From an uncultured Candidatus Rokubacteria bacterium (GTDB taxonomy: Bacteria; Methylomirabilota; Methylomirabilia; Rokubacteriales; DASRDR01): a stretch of 64,000 nucleotides of DNA. The stretch spans positions 1 to 64,000 of the forward strand of contig CAVPSB010000020.1 of NCBI GenBank assembly GCA_963708025.1, read 5' to 3'. The translations under genes and the position numbers were made by a program. This document shows positions 17,897 through 28,073 of the stretch, piece by piece (the first letter of the stretch is position 1; each line of letters starts with the position of its first letter). The notes under the pieces are model-generated. The model searched no databases. It saw only the letters and a program-made list of their open reading frames with translations, and was not told where the DNA came from.

Positions 17897-19699
17897 CTAG
17901 CGGCCATTGCCGGCGCGCATCGACCGGCGCAGGGCCTCGGTGGCCGCCGCGTCAACGGCGCGCCCCGCGGGGTCGAGGACGATCCCGTAGTCCTGCCGGG
18001 CGGCCTCGGGGGAGACCCGGCCGTCCAGCACGTCCTCGAGCACCGCCGCCGGGTCACGCCCGAGCGGATCGCCGTACCCGCCACCGCCCGTCGTGTAGAT
18101 CTCCAGCGCGTCGCCCTCCTCCAGATAGGTCAGGATCTTCGACGGCAGCGCCTCGATCCGGCCGTCCCGCCGGACCAGGTCGGTCCGGCAGCGCGGGGCC
18201 GGCTGCCCCCCCTGAAGACCCCAGGGGGCGAAGTCGTGGCGGTCACGCCGGTGCGAGAGGACCGCCCGGTCCCCCAGCCAGACGGCCCGGGCGGTGTAGC
18301 CGAGCCCGCCCCGGTAGCGGCCGGGCCCGCCCGAGTCCGGCCACAGGTGGACATAGTCGAACCGGACCGGGTAGGCCATCTCGGCCGCCTCGATCGGGAA
18401 GTTCATCTCGTTGTTGAGGTCGGTGGCGACCACGTCGATGCCGTCCTTCGACGGGCGGGCCCCCATGCCCCCCGGGAACGGGACCGCGATGAAGGTGACG
18501 AACGATTTGTTGGTGTCCCGGTGCCGTCCGCCCACGAACATCACCGCCACCTGGCCGGAGTTGGCCGCCGGGATGCGGCCAGGCAGCGCCTTGGCCAGCG
18601 CGCCCTGGAGCACGTCGGCCGTCCGCTTCATGGTGTACGTGCGGCATCCGACCGGGGCCGGCGCCTCCGGGTTGAGCAGGGTGCCGGGCGGGGCGTAGAT
18701 CTCCACCGGCCGGTAGACACCCTGGTTGTTGGGGACGTTGGGACCGGCCAGGCTCCGCACGGCGTAGTTGACGGCCGACAGGGTGGCCGCCGGGACCGAG
18801 TTGATCGGGCCCTTGGCCTGGGCGCCGGTCCCGGTGAAGTCCACGCGGAACTGCGAGCCCCGGATCTGGATCGTCGCCCGGATGCGGATGGGCCGGTCCA
18901 GCTCCACCCCGTCGTGGTCGACGAAGTCCTCGAAGGTGTAGTCGCCGTCGGGTACCGCCTCGATGGCCAGCCGCGTGAGCCGCTCGGCGTAGTCGAGCAG
19001 GTCGGCGAACACGCGGAGGAGGGTCTCCCGGCCGTACTCCTCGAACAGGGCCTCCAGCCGGCGCTTGCCGATGTTCCCGGCGGCGAGCTGGGCGCCGAGG
19101 TCTCCCAGGAGGAAGTCGGGCGTGCGGGTGTTGAGCTTCAGGATCTCCCACACGTCCCGGTTCTGCTCCCCGCGGATGTACAGCCGGATGGGGGGGAGGC
19201 GGATGCCCTCGGCGAAGATCTCGGTGACGTTGGGCGGCGTGCTGCCCGGGGCCGATCCGCCGATGTCCTGGTGGTGGGCCATGGTCACGCTGAGCGCCAC
19301 CACCTCGCCGTCGCAGAAGACCGGGATCACGATCGTGAAGTCCGGCAGGTGGCTCCCGCCGTCGTACGGGTCGTTGAAGCAGTAGACGTCGCCCGGGCTC
19401 ATCGTGTCGGCCGGGAAGGAGCTCAGGATCCGCTTCACCGCCGGCACCAGCGAGCCGAGATGACCGGGGAGGGCCGCGGCCTGGGCCAAGGTGTCGCCGT
19501 GCTTGTCGTAGAGGCCGGCCGAGGCGTCGAGGGCCTCCTTGATGAGGCTGGAGAACGCGCTCCGGCACAGCACCGTCTCCATCTCGTCGGTGATGGACTG
19601 GAGCCGCTGGTTGACGACTTCCAGCAGGATCGCATCGACCGCCCGGCCGGCCCCGGCCGGGTCCGCTGCCTGAGCGCCCGGGGTGAGGACGACTGCCAT
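17897..19699 (-). CDS. hydantoinase B/oxoprolinase family protein
   Basis: NDPYDGGSHLPD, HHQDIGG, DSGGPGRYRGGLG, GGGGYGDP. Confidence 0.9.
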   Translation of the reverse strand: MAVVLTPGAQAADPAGAGRAVDAILLEVVNQRLQSITDEMETVLCRSAFSSLIKEALDASAGLYDKHGDTLAQAAALPGHLGSLVPAVKRILSSFPADTMSPGDVYCFNDPYDGGSHLPDFTIVIPVFCDGEVVALSVTMAHHQDIGGSAPGSTPPNVTEIFAEGIRLPPIRLYIRGEQNRDVWEILKLNTRTPDFLLGDLGAQLAAGNIGKRRLEALFEEYGRETLLRVFADLLDYAERLTRLAIEAVPDGDYTFEDFVDHDGVELDRPIRIRATIQIRGSQFRVDFTGTGAQAKGPINSVPAATLSAVNYAVRSLAGPNVPNNQGVYRPVEIYAPPGTLLNPEAPAPVGCRTYTMKRTADVLQGALAKALPGRIPAANSGQVAVMFVGGRHRDTNKSFVTFIAVPFPGGMGARPSKDGIDVVATDLNNEMNFPIEAAEMAYPVRFDYVHLWPDSGGPGRYRGGLGYTARAVWLGDRAVLSHRRDRHDFAPWGLQGGQPAPRCRTDLVRRDGRIEALPSKILTYLEEGDALEIYTTGGGGYGDPLGRDPAAVLEDVLDGRVSPEAARQDYGIVLDPAGRAVDAAATEALRRSMRAGNGR

Positions 19700-19703
19700 G
19701 GGC

Positions 19704-21770
19704 CTACTCCTTGTCTTCGGTCAGGATGACGCTGCCGCTCTCGTGTACGCGGGCCACCTGGCCCGGGTACACGACGGTGGTGGTATCCTCCTGGTCCAGG
19801 ATCGCCGGCCCGGAGACGCGGGCCCCCACGCTCAGGGAGCCCCGCGCGTACACCGCCGCGTCGACGTACTCGCCCGTCTCGCCGAAGAACGCCCGCCGCC
19901 GCGCGATGGGCTCGGCGGGGGCTGCGCTCGCCCGCGCGGGGCGGTCGGTCGGCGGCGCCGGGAGCTGGTAGAGGTGCACGCCGCGCACGCCCATGATCTC
20001 GACCGGGTTGTCGGGGCTGTGGTGGCCGTAGATCCGGTCGTGGAGCGCGTGGAAGTCGCCGAGGAGCCGGGTCAGGGAGTCCCGGTCGATGCCGCCGCCG
20101 GCCATCGGGACCTGCAGCTCGTACGACTGCCCCACGTAGCGCATCTCGGCGTAGCGCTGGACGGCCACCCGGTCGAGGGGAACGCTCTCCTCGCGCATCC
20201 TGCCCCGGCAGTAGTCGTCGATCTCCGCGAAGATCGCGCTGAGCTGCCCCGGCTCCACCCGATCGAACAGGCGCGGGTAGGCACGGGAGGCCTCGTGGCG
20301 GACCCGCGCCAGGAGGAGCCCGTAGGCCGAGGACACCCCGGGGCGCGGCGGCACGACCACCGCCCGGGCCTGGAGGAGCTTCAGCAGGCGGCCGGCGTGG
20401 ACCGGACCCGCCCCGCCCATGGCCACCAGCGCGATCCCCCGCAGGTCATAGCCGCGCCGCACCGACACCAGCCGGACCGCTTCCGCCATCTGGGTGTTGA
20501 CGATGTCGTGGATGCCGGCGGCCGCCCGCGGGACCGACAGGCCCAGCGGCCCCGCGACCCGGGCGTCGACCGCCTGGTGGGCCAACTCGGGGAACAGCGG
20601 GAATCGCCCGCCGGCGTAGGTGGCGGGGTTGAGGTAGCCCAGCACGATGCTGGCGTCGGTCACCGTGGCCTCGCGGCCCTGGCGCCCGTAGCAGGCCGGG
20701 CCGGGGTCCGCGCCCGCGCTCTCGGGCCCGACCTTCAGGCCGCCGGCGGCGTCGAGCCGGGCGATGCTGCCCCCGCCGGCGCCGATGGTGTGGACGTCGA
20801 CCATGGGCACTCGCAGCGGGTACCGGCCCAGCCGACCCTCCGACCCGGTCTCGATGCGGCCCCCGCGGACCAGCGCCACGTCGAAGCTGGTCCCGCCCAT
20901 GTCCACGGTCACGACGTCGTGGAACCCGGCCGCCTCGCCGGCGACGTGACCGGCGACCACTCCGGCCGCGGGCCCCGACAGGACGGTCCCCACCGGGCGA
21001 TCCACCGACGCCTGCGCCGAGGTGATCCCGCCGTTGGACTGCATGATCTGGAGCGGACAGCCGAAGCCCTTGGCCTCGAGCTCGCGGCCCAGGTCCTCCA
21101 CGTACGACGTGATGACCGGCCGCAGGTACGCGTCGAACGCGGTGACCACCAGCCGCTCGTACTCGCGGAACTGGGGATCGACCGTGGAGGAGAGCGAGAC
21201 CTCGAGCCCCGGGAAGTGCTGGCGGATCAGCGCCGCGGTGCGCTGCTCGTGGGCGGGATTGAGGAAGGAGAACAGGTAGCACACCGCGACGGCGGCCACC
21301 CCGGCGTCGCGGAGGCGCCCCACGGCCTCCACCACGGCCGCCTCGTCGAGCGGCCGGAGCACCGCTCCGGTGGCGTCCACCCGTTCGGGGATTCCCACGA
21401 TGCGTCGCCGGGGAGCGAGGAAGAGGGGCCCCTCGGCGTCGATGTCGAGGTCGTACATCGCGGAGCGCTTCGTGCGGCCGATGATCAGGATGTCCTCGAA
21501 CCCCTGGGTGGTGAGGATCGCGAGCGTCGCCCCGCGCCGCTCGAGCACGGCGTTGGTGGCGATGGTCGTGCCGTGGACGATCCGCTCCACCGCGCCGGCG
21601 CCGCGCTCGGCGAGGGCCAGCACGCCCTCCAGGCCTTCCACGAAGGCCCCGGCCGGCCGCCGGGGCCGGGAGGGCACCTTCAAGGTGAAGAGGGCCCCCC
21701 GCGTCGGGTCGGCGGCGACCACGTCGGTGAAGGTGCCTCCGACGTCGATACCCACGATCAGCTGGGACAC
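19704..21770 (-). CDS. hydantoinase A/oxoprolinase family protein
   Basis: GIDVGGTFTD, HGTTIATNA, DMGGTSFD, SAGADPGPACYG, TVTDA; GTG start preceded by GAGGAGG. Confidence 0.9.
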   Translation of the reverse strand: MSQLIVGIDVGGTFTDVVAADPTRGALFTLKVPSRPRRPAGAFVEGLEGVLALAERGAGAVERIVHGTTIATNAVLERRGATLAILTTQGFEDILIIGRTKRSAMYDLDIDAEGPLFLAPRRRIVGIPERVDATGAVLRPLDEAAVVEAVGRLRDAGVAAVAVCYLFSFLNPAHEQRTAALIRQHFPGLEVSLSSTVDPQFREYERLVVTAFDAYLRPVITSYVEDLGRELEAKGFGCPLQIMQSNGGITSAQASVDRPVGTVLSGPAAGVVAGHVAGEAAGFHDVVTVDMGGTSFDVALVRGGRIETGSEGRLGRYPLRVPMVDVHTIGAGGGSIARLDAAGGLKVGPESAGADPGPACYGRQGREATVTDASIVLGYLNPATYAGGRFPLFPELAHQAVDARVAGPLGLSVPRAAAGIHDIVNTQMAEAVRLVSVRRGYDLRGIALVAMGGAGPVHAGRLLKLLQARAVVVPPRPGVSSAYGLLLARVRHEASRAYPRLFDRVEPGQLSAIFAEIDDYCRGRMREESVPLDRVAVQRYAEMRYVGQSYELQVPMAGGGIDRDSLTRLLGDFHALHDRIYGHHSPDNPVEIMGVRGVHLYQLPAPPTDRPARASAAPAEPIARRRAFFGETGEYVDAAVYARGSLSVGARVSGPAILDQEDTTTVVYPGQVARVHESGSVILTEDKE

Positions 21771-21859
21771 GCGATTCGCCTCCTCGATGACAGATCCGAT
21801 CCGACCGCGGCGCCGGCTCCGCGCGAGATCCGGCCCCGGCCGGCTCGGCAGACGCTCGC

Positions 21860-21889
21860 AGTCTAGTCGGGACCCACAAGACTCGTCAA
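21860..21889 (-). promoter_or_regulatory. sigma70-type promoter for the hydantoinase operon
   Basis: Minus strand TTGACG, 18 bp spacer, TAGACT. Confidence 0.4.
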
Positions 21890-21902
21890 GACAGTGGGAC
21901 GG

Positions 21903-21934
21903 ATCCGCAACGCGTGCTACATTCCATTGCGGAT
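21903..21934. promoter_or_regulatory. inverted-repeat operator candidate overlapping an extended -10 for the Lrp gene
   Basis: ATCCGCAA-N16-TTGCGGAT with TGCTACATT inside the spacer, in the divergent intergenic region. Confidence 0.45.
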
Positions 21935-21966
21935 TCCGCCGAAACGCATCGGTGAGGGAGGCGCCA

Positions 21967-22596
21967 GTGGATCCGGCCCGGCTCGCTCCGATCGACGTCC
22001 GCATCATCCGCGCGCTCCACGCGAACGCTCGCAGCTCGATGTCGAAGATCGCCTCCCGGCTGGGCATGCCGGAGTTGACGGTCCGCCACCGTCTGAACCG
22101 GCTCGTCCGGCTCGGCGTCATCGAGTTCGCCGCCATCGTCAACCCGCTCCAGCTCGGCTACCAGATCTGGGCGCAGTTCCACGTCGAGGTCGAGCTGGCC
22201 CGGATGCGCTCGGTCGCCCAGCGGCTGGCTCGCGCGCGTCAGGTCTACTTCGTCGGGATCGCCACCGGCGGCTACGACGTCCTGGTGGGGGCGGTGTTCC
22301 GGACGAACAAGGAGCTGCTCGACTTCATCACCGGCCCCATGGCGAAGGTGCCCGGGATCGTCGGAATCTCGACGTCGAGCATCCTGGAGGTCGTCAAGCG
22401 AAGCATGACGTTCGACCTGCCGGAGGAGGCGGCCACGGGACGGCGCTCCCGGCCAGCGCGACCCCGGCGAACGCCGGCCACGGAAGCGCGTGGCCGCCGC
22501 GCCGATCCGCGAGATCCAGCGCGCCCGACCCCTCTCCCGGAACGTCTCGAGAGAGCGGACAGACACCGGCTAGTGCGGGCCCGCTCGGGGCCGTGA
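21967..22596 (+). CDS. Lrp/AsnC family transcriptional regulator
   Basis: IDVRIIRALHANARSSMSKIASRLGMPELTVRHRLNRL HTH, GGYDVL; RBS GGAGG. Confidence 0.85.
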   Translation: MDPARLAPIDVRIIRALHANARSSMSKIASRLGMPELTVRHRLNRLVRLGVIEFAAIVNPLQLGYQIWAQFHVEVELARMRSVAQRLARARQVYFVGIATGGYDVLVGAVFRTNKELLDFITGPMAKVPGIVGISTSSILEVVKRSMTFDLPEEAATGRRSRPARPRRTPATEARGRRADPRDPARPTPLPERLERADRHRLVRARSGP

Positions 22597-22805
22597 ACGC
22601 CGGTGGCTCATCACGAGGTGGCATTCTCGTCTGGGACCGTGAGGGCCGTTCGCGTCCAGCTTGTGTCGTCGACCATGCGGGCCTCAGGCAACTCGGGGAG
22701 GCGTCACGGATGAGGCTCCGACCGTCACGCTGATCCTTCACGCCGCTTGGGGCTGGCAGTGGATCGCGGGGGAACTGCTTGGCGGTCTCATCGAGGGAGA
22801 CGACG

Positions 22806-24314
22806 ATGGCGATGGCTGGCACGTATGACGTCGTGATCCGGGGCGGGGCCGTGTACGACGGCTCTGGCGCGCCTGCTCGTGTTGCCGACGTCGGCGTACG
22901 GGGAGTTCGGATCGTGGAGGTGGGTGCGATCGCCGGGCGCGGGGTGATGGATCTGGATGCACGCGGCCTCGCGGTGGCGCCGGGCTTCATCGATGTTCAC
23001 AGCCACGACGACTTCGCCGTGCTGCTCGAGCCCGAGATGCCGTTCAAGGTGATGCAGGGCGTGACCACCGACATCGTCGGCAACTGCGGCTCGGGGGTGG
23101 TGCCGTTCGAGGCGGGGCTCGCGCGCTTTCGCCGTTTTCACCCGGCGGCGAACCCGGAGCCGTGGGACGGTTTCGCCGGGTACCTGGCGCGCGTCGACGA
23201 GGCGCGCCCGAGCCTGAACGTCGCCGTGCTCATGGGCCATGGCTCCCTGCGGCGAGGCGCGATGGGCCTGGCTCAGCGTGCTCCCAGCGCCGCCGAGTTC
23301 GACCGCATGCGGACGTGGGTGCGGGAAGGCGTCGCGGCCGGCGCGATGGGACTGTCGACCGGGCTGATCTACGAGCCTGGATGCTATGCCGCGACGGAAG
23401 AGATCATAGGGCTGGCGCGTGAGCTCGGTGGACCATCAGGCGGTCTCTACGCAACCCACATACGGAATGAAGCCGACGGCTTGCTTGACGCGGTCGGCGA
23501 GGCCATCCGCGTCGGCGAGGAGGCGGGCATTCCGGTCGAAATCTCGCATCACAAGGCAGCCGGGCGCCGGAACTGGGGACGGGTCGGGCAGTCACTGCGG
23601 ATGATGGAGGACGCGCGTGGTCGTGGCGTGGACGTGACGGCTGACCAGTACCCGTACACCGCAGGGAGCACGTCGCTCGCTGCGGTCGTGCAGAGCGGTG
23701 CGCTTCGGGGTAACCGCTCGGGTGGGCTGGGCGAGCTGACGGCCGGGGACGTTCTGATCGCGTCCGCACCCGAGCATGCCGAGTGGGAAGGCTCGAGGCT
23801 CTCGGTGCTCGCCGACTCGTGGGGCCTGTCAGCCGAAGCCGCCTGCGAGCGGATCCTCGCCGGCGAGGGTGAGGCGTGCTTCGTCGTAATCTTCACGATG
23901 GATGAGGCGGACGTACGCCTCGTCATGGCTCATCCTACGACGATGATCGGTTCCGACGGAGTGCCATGTTCCACCGGCAAGCCACATCCACGCCTGTATG
24001 GTTGCTTTCCGCGGGTGCTCGGGCCCTACGTGCGAGACCACCATGTGCTCGATCTCGCAACGGCGATCCATCGAATGACGGGAATGCCGGCCGCGAAGTT
24101 CCACCTCCGTGATCGCGGCCTGATACGGTCCGGCGCCTTTGCGGACATTGTCGTATTCGATCCCGTCCACATCGCCGACGTAGCGACGTACGGGGAGCCT
24201 CGTCGCTTTCCTATCGGGATTCGCGCGGTCTTTGTGAACGGCGTGGCGGTCGCGCTTGGCGGCGAGCATACCGGGGCTCAGCCTGGTCGCGCACTCAGAC
24301 GCGACGATATGTGA
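22806..24314 (+). CDS. N-acyl-D-amino acid deacylase (D-aminoacylase) family amidohydrolase
   Basis: PGFIDVHSHDD, GVTT..GNCG, GLSTGLIY, THIRNE, SHHK, DQYPY, HPRLYG. Confidence 0.9.
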   Translation: MAMAGTYDVVIRGGAVYDGSGAPARVADVGVRGVRIVEVGAIAGRGVMDLDARGLAVAPGFIDVHSHDDFAVLLEPEMPFKVMQGVTTDIVGNCGSGVVPFEAGLARFRRFHPAANPEPWDGFAGYLARVDEARPSLNVAVLMGHGSLRRGAMGLAQRAPSAAEFDRMRTWVREGVAAGAMGLSTGLIYEPGCYAATEEIIGLARELGGPSGGLYATHIRNEADGLLDAVGEAIRVGEEAGIPVEISHHKAAGRRNWGRVGQSLRMMEDARGRGVDVTADQYPYTAGSTSLAAVVQSGALRGNRSGGLGELTAGDVLIASAPEHAEWEGSRLSVLADSWGLSAEAACERILAGEGEACFVVIFTMDEADVRLVMAHPTTMIGSDGVPCSTGKPHPRLYGCFPRVLGPYVRDHHVLDLATAIHRMTGMPAAKFHLRDRGLIRSGAFADIVVFDPVHIADVATYGEPRRFPIGIRAVFVNGVAVALGGEHTGAQPGRALRRDDM

Positions 24315-24434
24315 GATTCTACGCAGCTGTGCGGAACGTGGACCCGTGAGTAATCCCAGCCTCATGTGCTACTCCCCACCGGGCACTTGATGGATTGCCA
24401 CGGTCTTCAGGCGCACCCCGCGACCGCGGCGGCC

Positions 24435-24463
24435 TTGCCTTGATCGCCGCATGCTCGTAACAT
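24435..24463 (+). promoter_or_regulatory. sigma70-type promoter
   Basis: TTGCCT, 17 bp spacer, TAACAT upstream of the ATG at 24522. Confidence 0.45.
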
Positions 24464-24521
24464 TCCGGGTCGTGTGATCCTGCGCGTCCCGCCTTCCCCC
24501 ACGTCCAACGGAGGACCGTCA

Positions 24522-26102
24522 ATGTCGACGCCCGTTCCGATTCCCGTAGCGGTTGGTGCACGCCCGTCGCCTCGGCCGTCCGGGCGGTGGTGGCTCACGC
24601 TGGGGCTCGTGGCAGCGGTCGCCGCGGCGCTCCCGGTGCTGGCGCCGGGCCGGGGGGAGGCTCAGGGGGGGCCGGAGCTGGTGGTGGCGTTCCCGACGGA
24701 CCCGCAGACCCTCGACGCGCGCGCCACGAGCTCCTCGCAGGCCGTGAGCATGCTCGGCCACATCTACGACCAGCTCGTGACGAGCGACGAGCAGGGCAAG
24801 CTCCAGCCGGGCCTGGCCGAGCGCTGGGAGATCCGGGACCCGCAGACGATCCGGTTCTACCTGCGGCGGGGGGTCAAGTTCCACAACGGTGAGCCCTTCG
24901 ACGGAGCCGCGGTCAAGTACTCGCTGGAGTCAACCATCAGCCCCGACTTCAAGTCGGTGCAGCGCTTCTTCCTGGGCCCGATCGAGCGGGTCGAGGTCCG
25001 TGATCCGTACACGGTGGACCTCGTACTCAAGTCACGTGCGGCCCGCACGGTGCTGCGCGCCTTGACCTACTTCGGGTACATGGTCCCGCCGGCACTGGCC
25101 AAGAGTGCGGGCGATCGGCTGACAACCGCGGTCGGCACCGGTCCCTACCGGCTGGTGGAGTACCGTCCGGGGGAGCGTCTGGTGGTCGAGCAGAACCGGG
25201 ATTACTGGGGCAAGCCGCCGGGGATGCCCCGGATCGTGTTCCGGGTGATCGGCGAGGCGGGCACACGGGTCGCCGCCCTCGAGCGCGGCGAGGTGGACAT
25301 CGCGTACAGCTTCCCGGTGGACCAGATCGCGCGGTTCCGGGATCACGCCACCGTCTCGATCCTCTCGCGGCCCACGATCCGCGTGGCCATCGTGAACTTC
25401 CGGGTCGACCGGAAGCCCGTGGACGACGTCCGCGTCCGGCAGGCGATCGCGATGGCGCTGAACCGGACGGAGATCAACACGAAGCTCCTGGGCGGGCTCG
25501 GGCGCGTGGCCAACACCATCCTGGGCCCGGAGGTGTTCGGCTACGCCTCGGGTGTCGCCGCCCCCGCCTACGACCCCGCGCGAGCGAAGCGCCTGCTCGC
25601 GGAGTCGAGCCACGCCGGCGCCACGATCCGGCTCGGGATCTCGAGCGGACGCTTCGTGAACGACCGCCAGATCGGGGAAGTCGTCGCCGCGACCCTGGAC
25701 GAGCTGGGGCTCCGGACCGAGGTCGAGGCCCCCGAGTACGGAGCGCTGCTGCGCGAGGTGAACAGCCCGACGGGGAAGTATGACGTGGTCGTCTGGTCGT
25801 GGGCGACGAACACGCTGGACGCGGACTTCACGATGACCGGCGCGTTCCACGACAAGCTCGCCGGCGCGTACACCGCCTACAAGAACCGCGAGGTGTCCGA
25901 GCTGATCGACCAGGCGAGGGCCACGGTCAACGACCGCCAGGCGGTCGAGCTCTACCGGCGGGTGCAGGAGGCGCTGCTCCGCGACCTCCCGTGGGCACCC
26001 CTCGTGTTCGTGCCCGATGTCATCGGCGTGAACAAGCGCGTGCAGGACTTCCATCTCCGTGCCGACGAGACGGTCTTCTTCAAGGCAGTGACCCGAAAAT
26101 AG
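24522..26102 (+). CDS. peptide ABC substrate-binding protein
   Basis: Signal peptide, LRRGVKFHNGEPF, VGTGPYRL, VRQAIAMALNR. Confidence 0.9.
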   Translation: MSTPVPIPVAVGARPSPRPSGRWWLTLGLVAAVAAALPVLAPGRGEAQGGPELVVAFPTDPQTLDARATSSSQAVSMLGHIYDQLVTSDEQGKLQPGLAERWEIRDPQTIRFYLRRGVKFHNGEPFDGAAVKYSLESTISPDFKSVQRFFLGPIERVEVRDPYTVDLVLKSRAARTVLRALTYFGYMVPPALAKSAGDRLTTAVGTGPYRLVEYRPGERLVVEQNRDYWGKPPGMPRIVFRVIGEAGTRVAALERGEVDIAYSFPVDQIARFRDHATVSILSRPTIRVAIVNFRVDRKPVDDVRVRQAIAMALNRTEINTKLLGGLGRVANTILGPEVFGYASGVAAPAYDPARAKRLLAESSHAGATIRLGISSGRFVNDRQIGEVVAATLDELGLRTEVEAPEYGALLREVNSPTGKYDVVVWSWATNTLDADFTMTGAFHDKLAGAYTAYKNREVSELIDQARATVNDRQAVELYRRVQEALLRDLPWAPLVFVPDVIGVNKRVQDFHLRADETVFFKAVTRK

Positions 26103-26243
26103 GTGGCCGGGCCGCGCGCGCTCCGGTGCCACGGCCGGCGGGGTATCGAGGCCGACGGGGACAGATCGGGGCGCGTGCCACGCATCCGCGCCGGCCCGGC
26201 CTCTGTCGGAGGGCCCGGGCGGCCCTTTCGGCGCTGATCTGAC

Positions 26244-27170
<927 letters not shown>

Positions 27171-27172
27171 CG

Positions 27173-28060
27173 ATGGCACCGAACGGACGGGAGGCGGGCA
27201 GGGGCCGAGCGCGCCGTCGCTCGGGCGGCGGGCTGCTGTGGCGCTCGCGTCTCGGTCTGGCCGGACTCGTCCTGGTGAGCGCGGCCAGCGGGGCCGCGCT
27301 CTTCGCGCCGTGGCTCGCCCCGTTCCCGCCCGCCCGCGTGTCCCTGGGCGCGCGTCTGCTCCCGCCCCTGGCGGCGAGCGAGCACGGCGGGCTCCACGTG
27401 CTGGGGACCGACCAGCTGGGCCGTGACGTCCTGAGCCGGATCCTTCATGGCGCCCGGGTCTCGATGACGATCAGCCTGAGCGCGGCACTGCTCGCCGGAA
27501 GCCTCGGGTTCGCCGCGGGGATCGCCGCGGGTTACTGGGGGGGGCCGGCGGATGCGCTGGTGATGCGGGCGGCCGATCTGCAGCTCGCGTTCCCGTTCAT
27601 CCTGCTGTGCCTGGCCATCATCGCGGCCCTCGGCCCGAGCCTCGGCAACCTCGTGCTGGTCTTCGTCGTCACCAGCTGGCCCGTCTACGCGCGGATGGCC
27701 CGAGCCTCCGTGCTGAGCGTCCGGGCCGACGAGTACCTGCAGGCGGCCTTCGGGCTCGGGGCGTCCGCGGCGCGCATCCTGGGACGACACGTCGTGCCGA
27801 ACGTCGTGGCGCCGATGCTGGTGGTCGGCTCGTTCGAGATGGCCCGGGTGATCATCGTCGAGGCCGCACTGGGCTTCCTCGGGCTCGGGGTACCCCCGCC
27901 CCGCCCGACGTGGGGGACGATGCTGGCCGATGGGCGGGCATACATCCGCGACGCATGGTGGCTGTCGACCTTCCCGGGGTTGACGATCATGCTGGTCGCG
28001 GCCGGCATGAACTTCCTCGGGGACGCGTTCCGCGATGCCCTCGACCCGAGGCTCCGGTAG
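27173..28060 (+). CDS. peptide ABC permease, DppC-like
   Basis: LGTDQLGRDVLSRI, FLGLGVPPPRPTWG, GDAFRDALDPR. Confidence 0.9.
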   Translation: MAPNGREAGRGRARRRSGGGLLWRSRLGLAGLVLVSAASGAALFAPWLAPFPPARVSLGARLLPPLAASEHGGLHVLGTDQLGRDVLSRILHGARVSMTISLSAALLAGSLGFAAGIAAGYWGGPADALVMRAADLQLAFPFILLCLAIIAALGPSLGNLVLVFVVTSWPVYARMARASVLSVRADEYLQAAFGLGASAARILGRHVVPNVVAPMLVVGSFEMARVIIVEAALGFLGLGVPPPRPTWGTMLADGRAYIRDAWWLSTFPGLTIMLVAAGMNFLGDAFRDALDPRLR

Positions 28061-28073
28061 GGGGGATGTGAGC

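Noticed and set aside
8480..21866. Long plus-strand ORFs antisense to the hydantoinase and transporter genes
   Set aside because: Shadow ORFs expected from high-GC codon bias; no recognisable motifs.
22570..22582. Third copy of the MITE-like end (CTAGTGCGGGCCC)
   Set aside because: A 13 bp match only, with no partner inverted repeat found; may be chance or a remnant.
22806..24314. Horizontal acquisition of the D-aminoacylase gene
   Set aside because: The 3' half looks less GC3-biased by eye, but this was not quantified and no mobility signals flank it.
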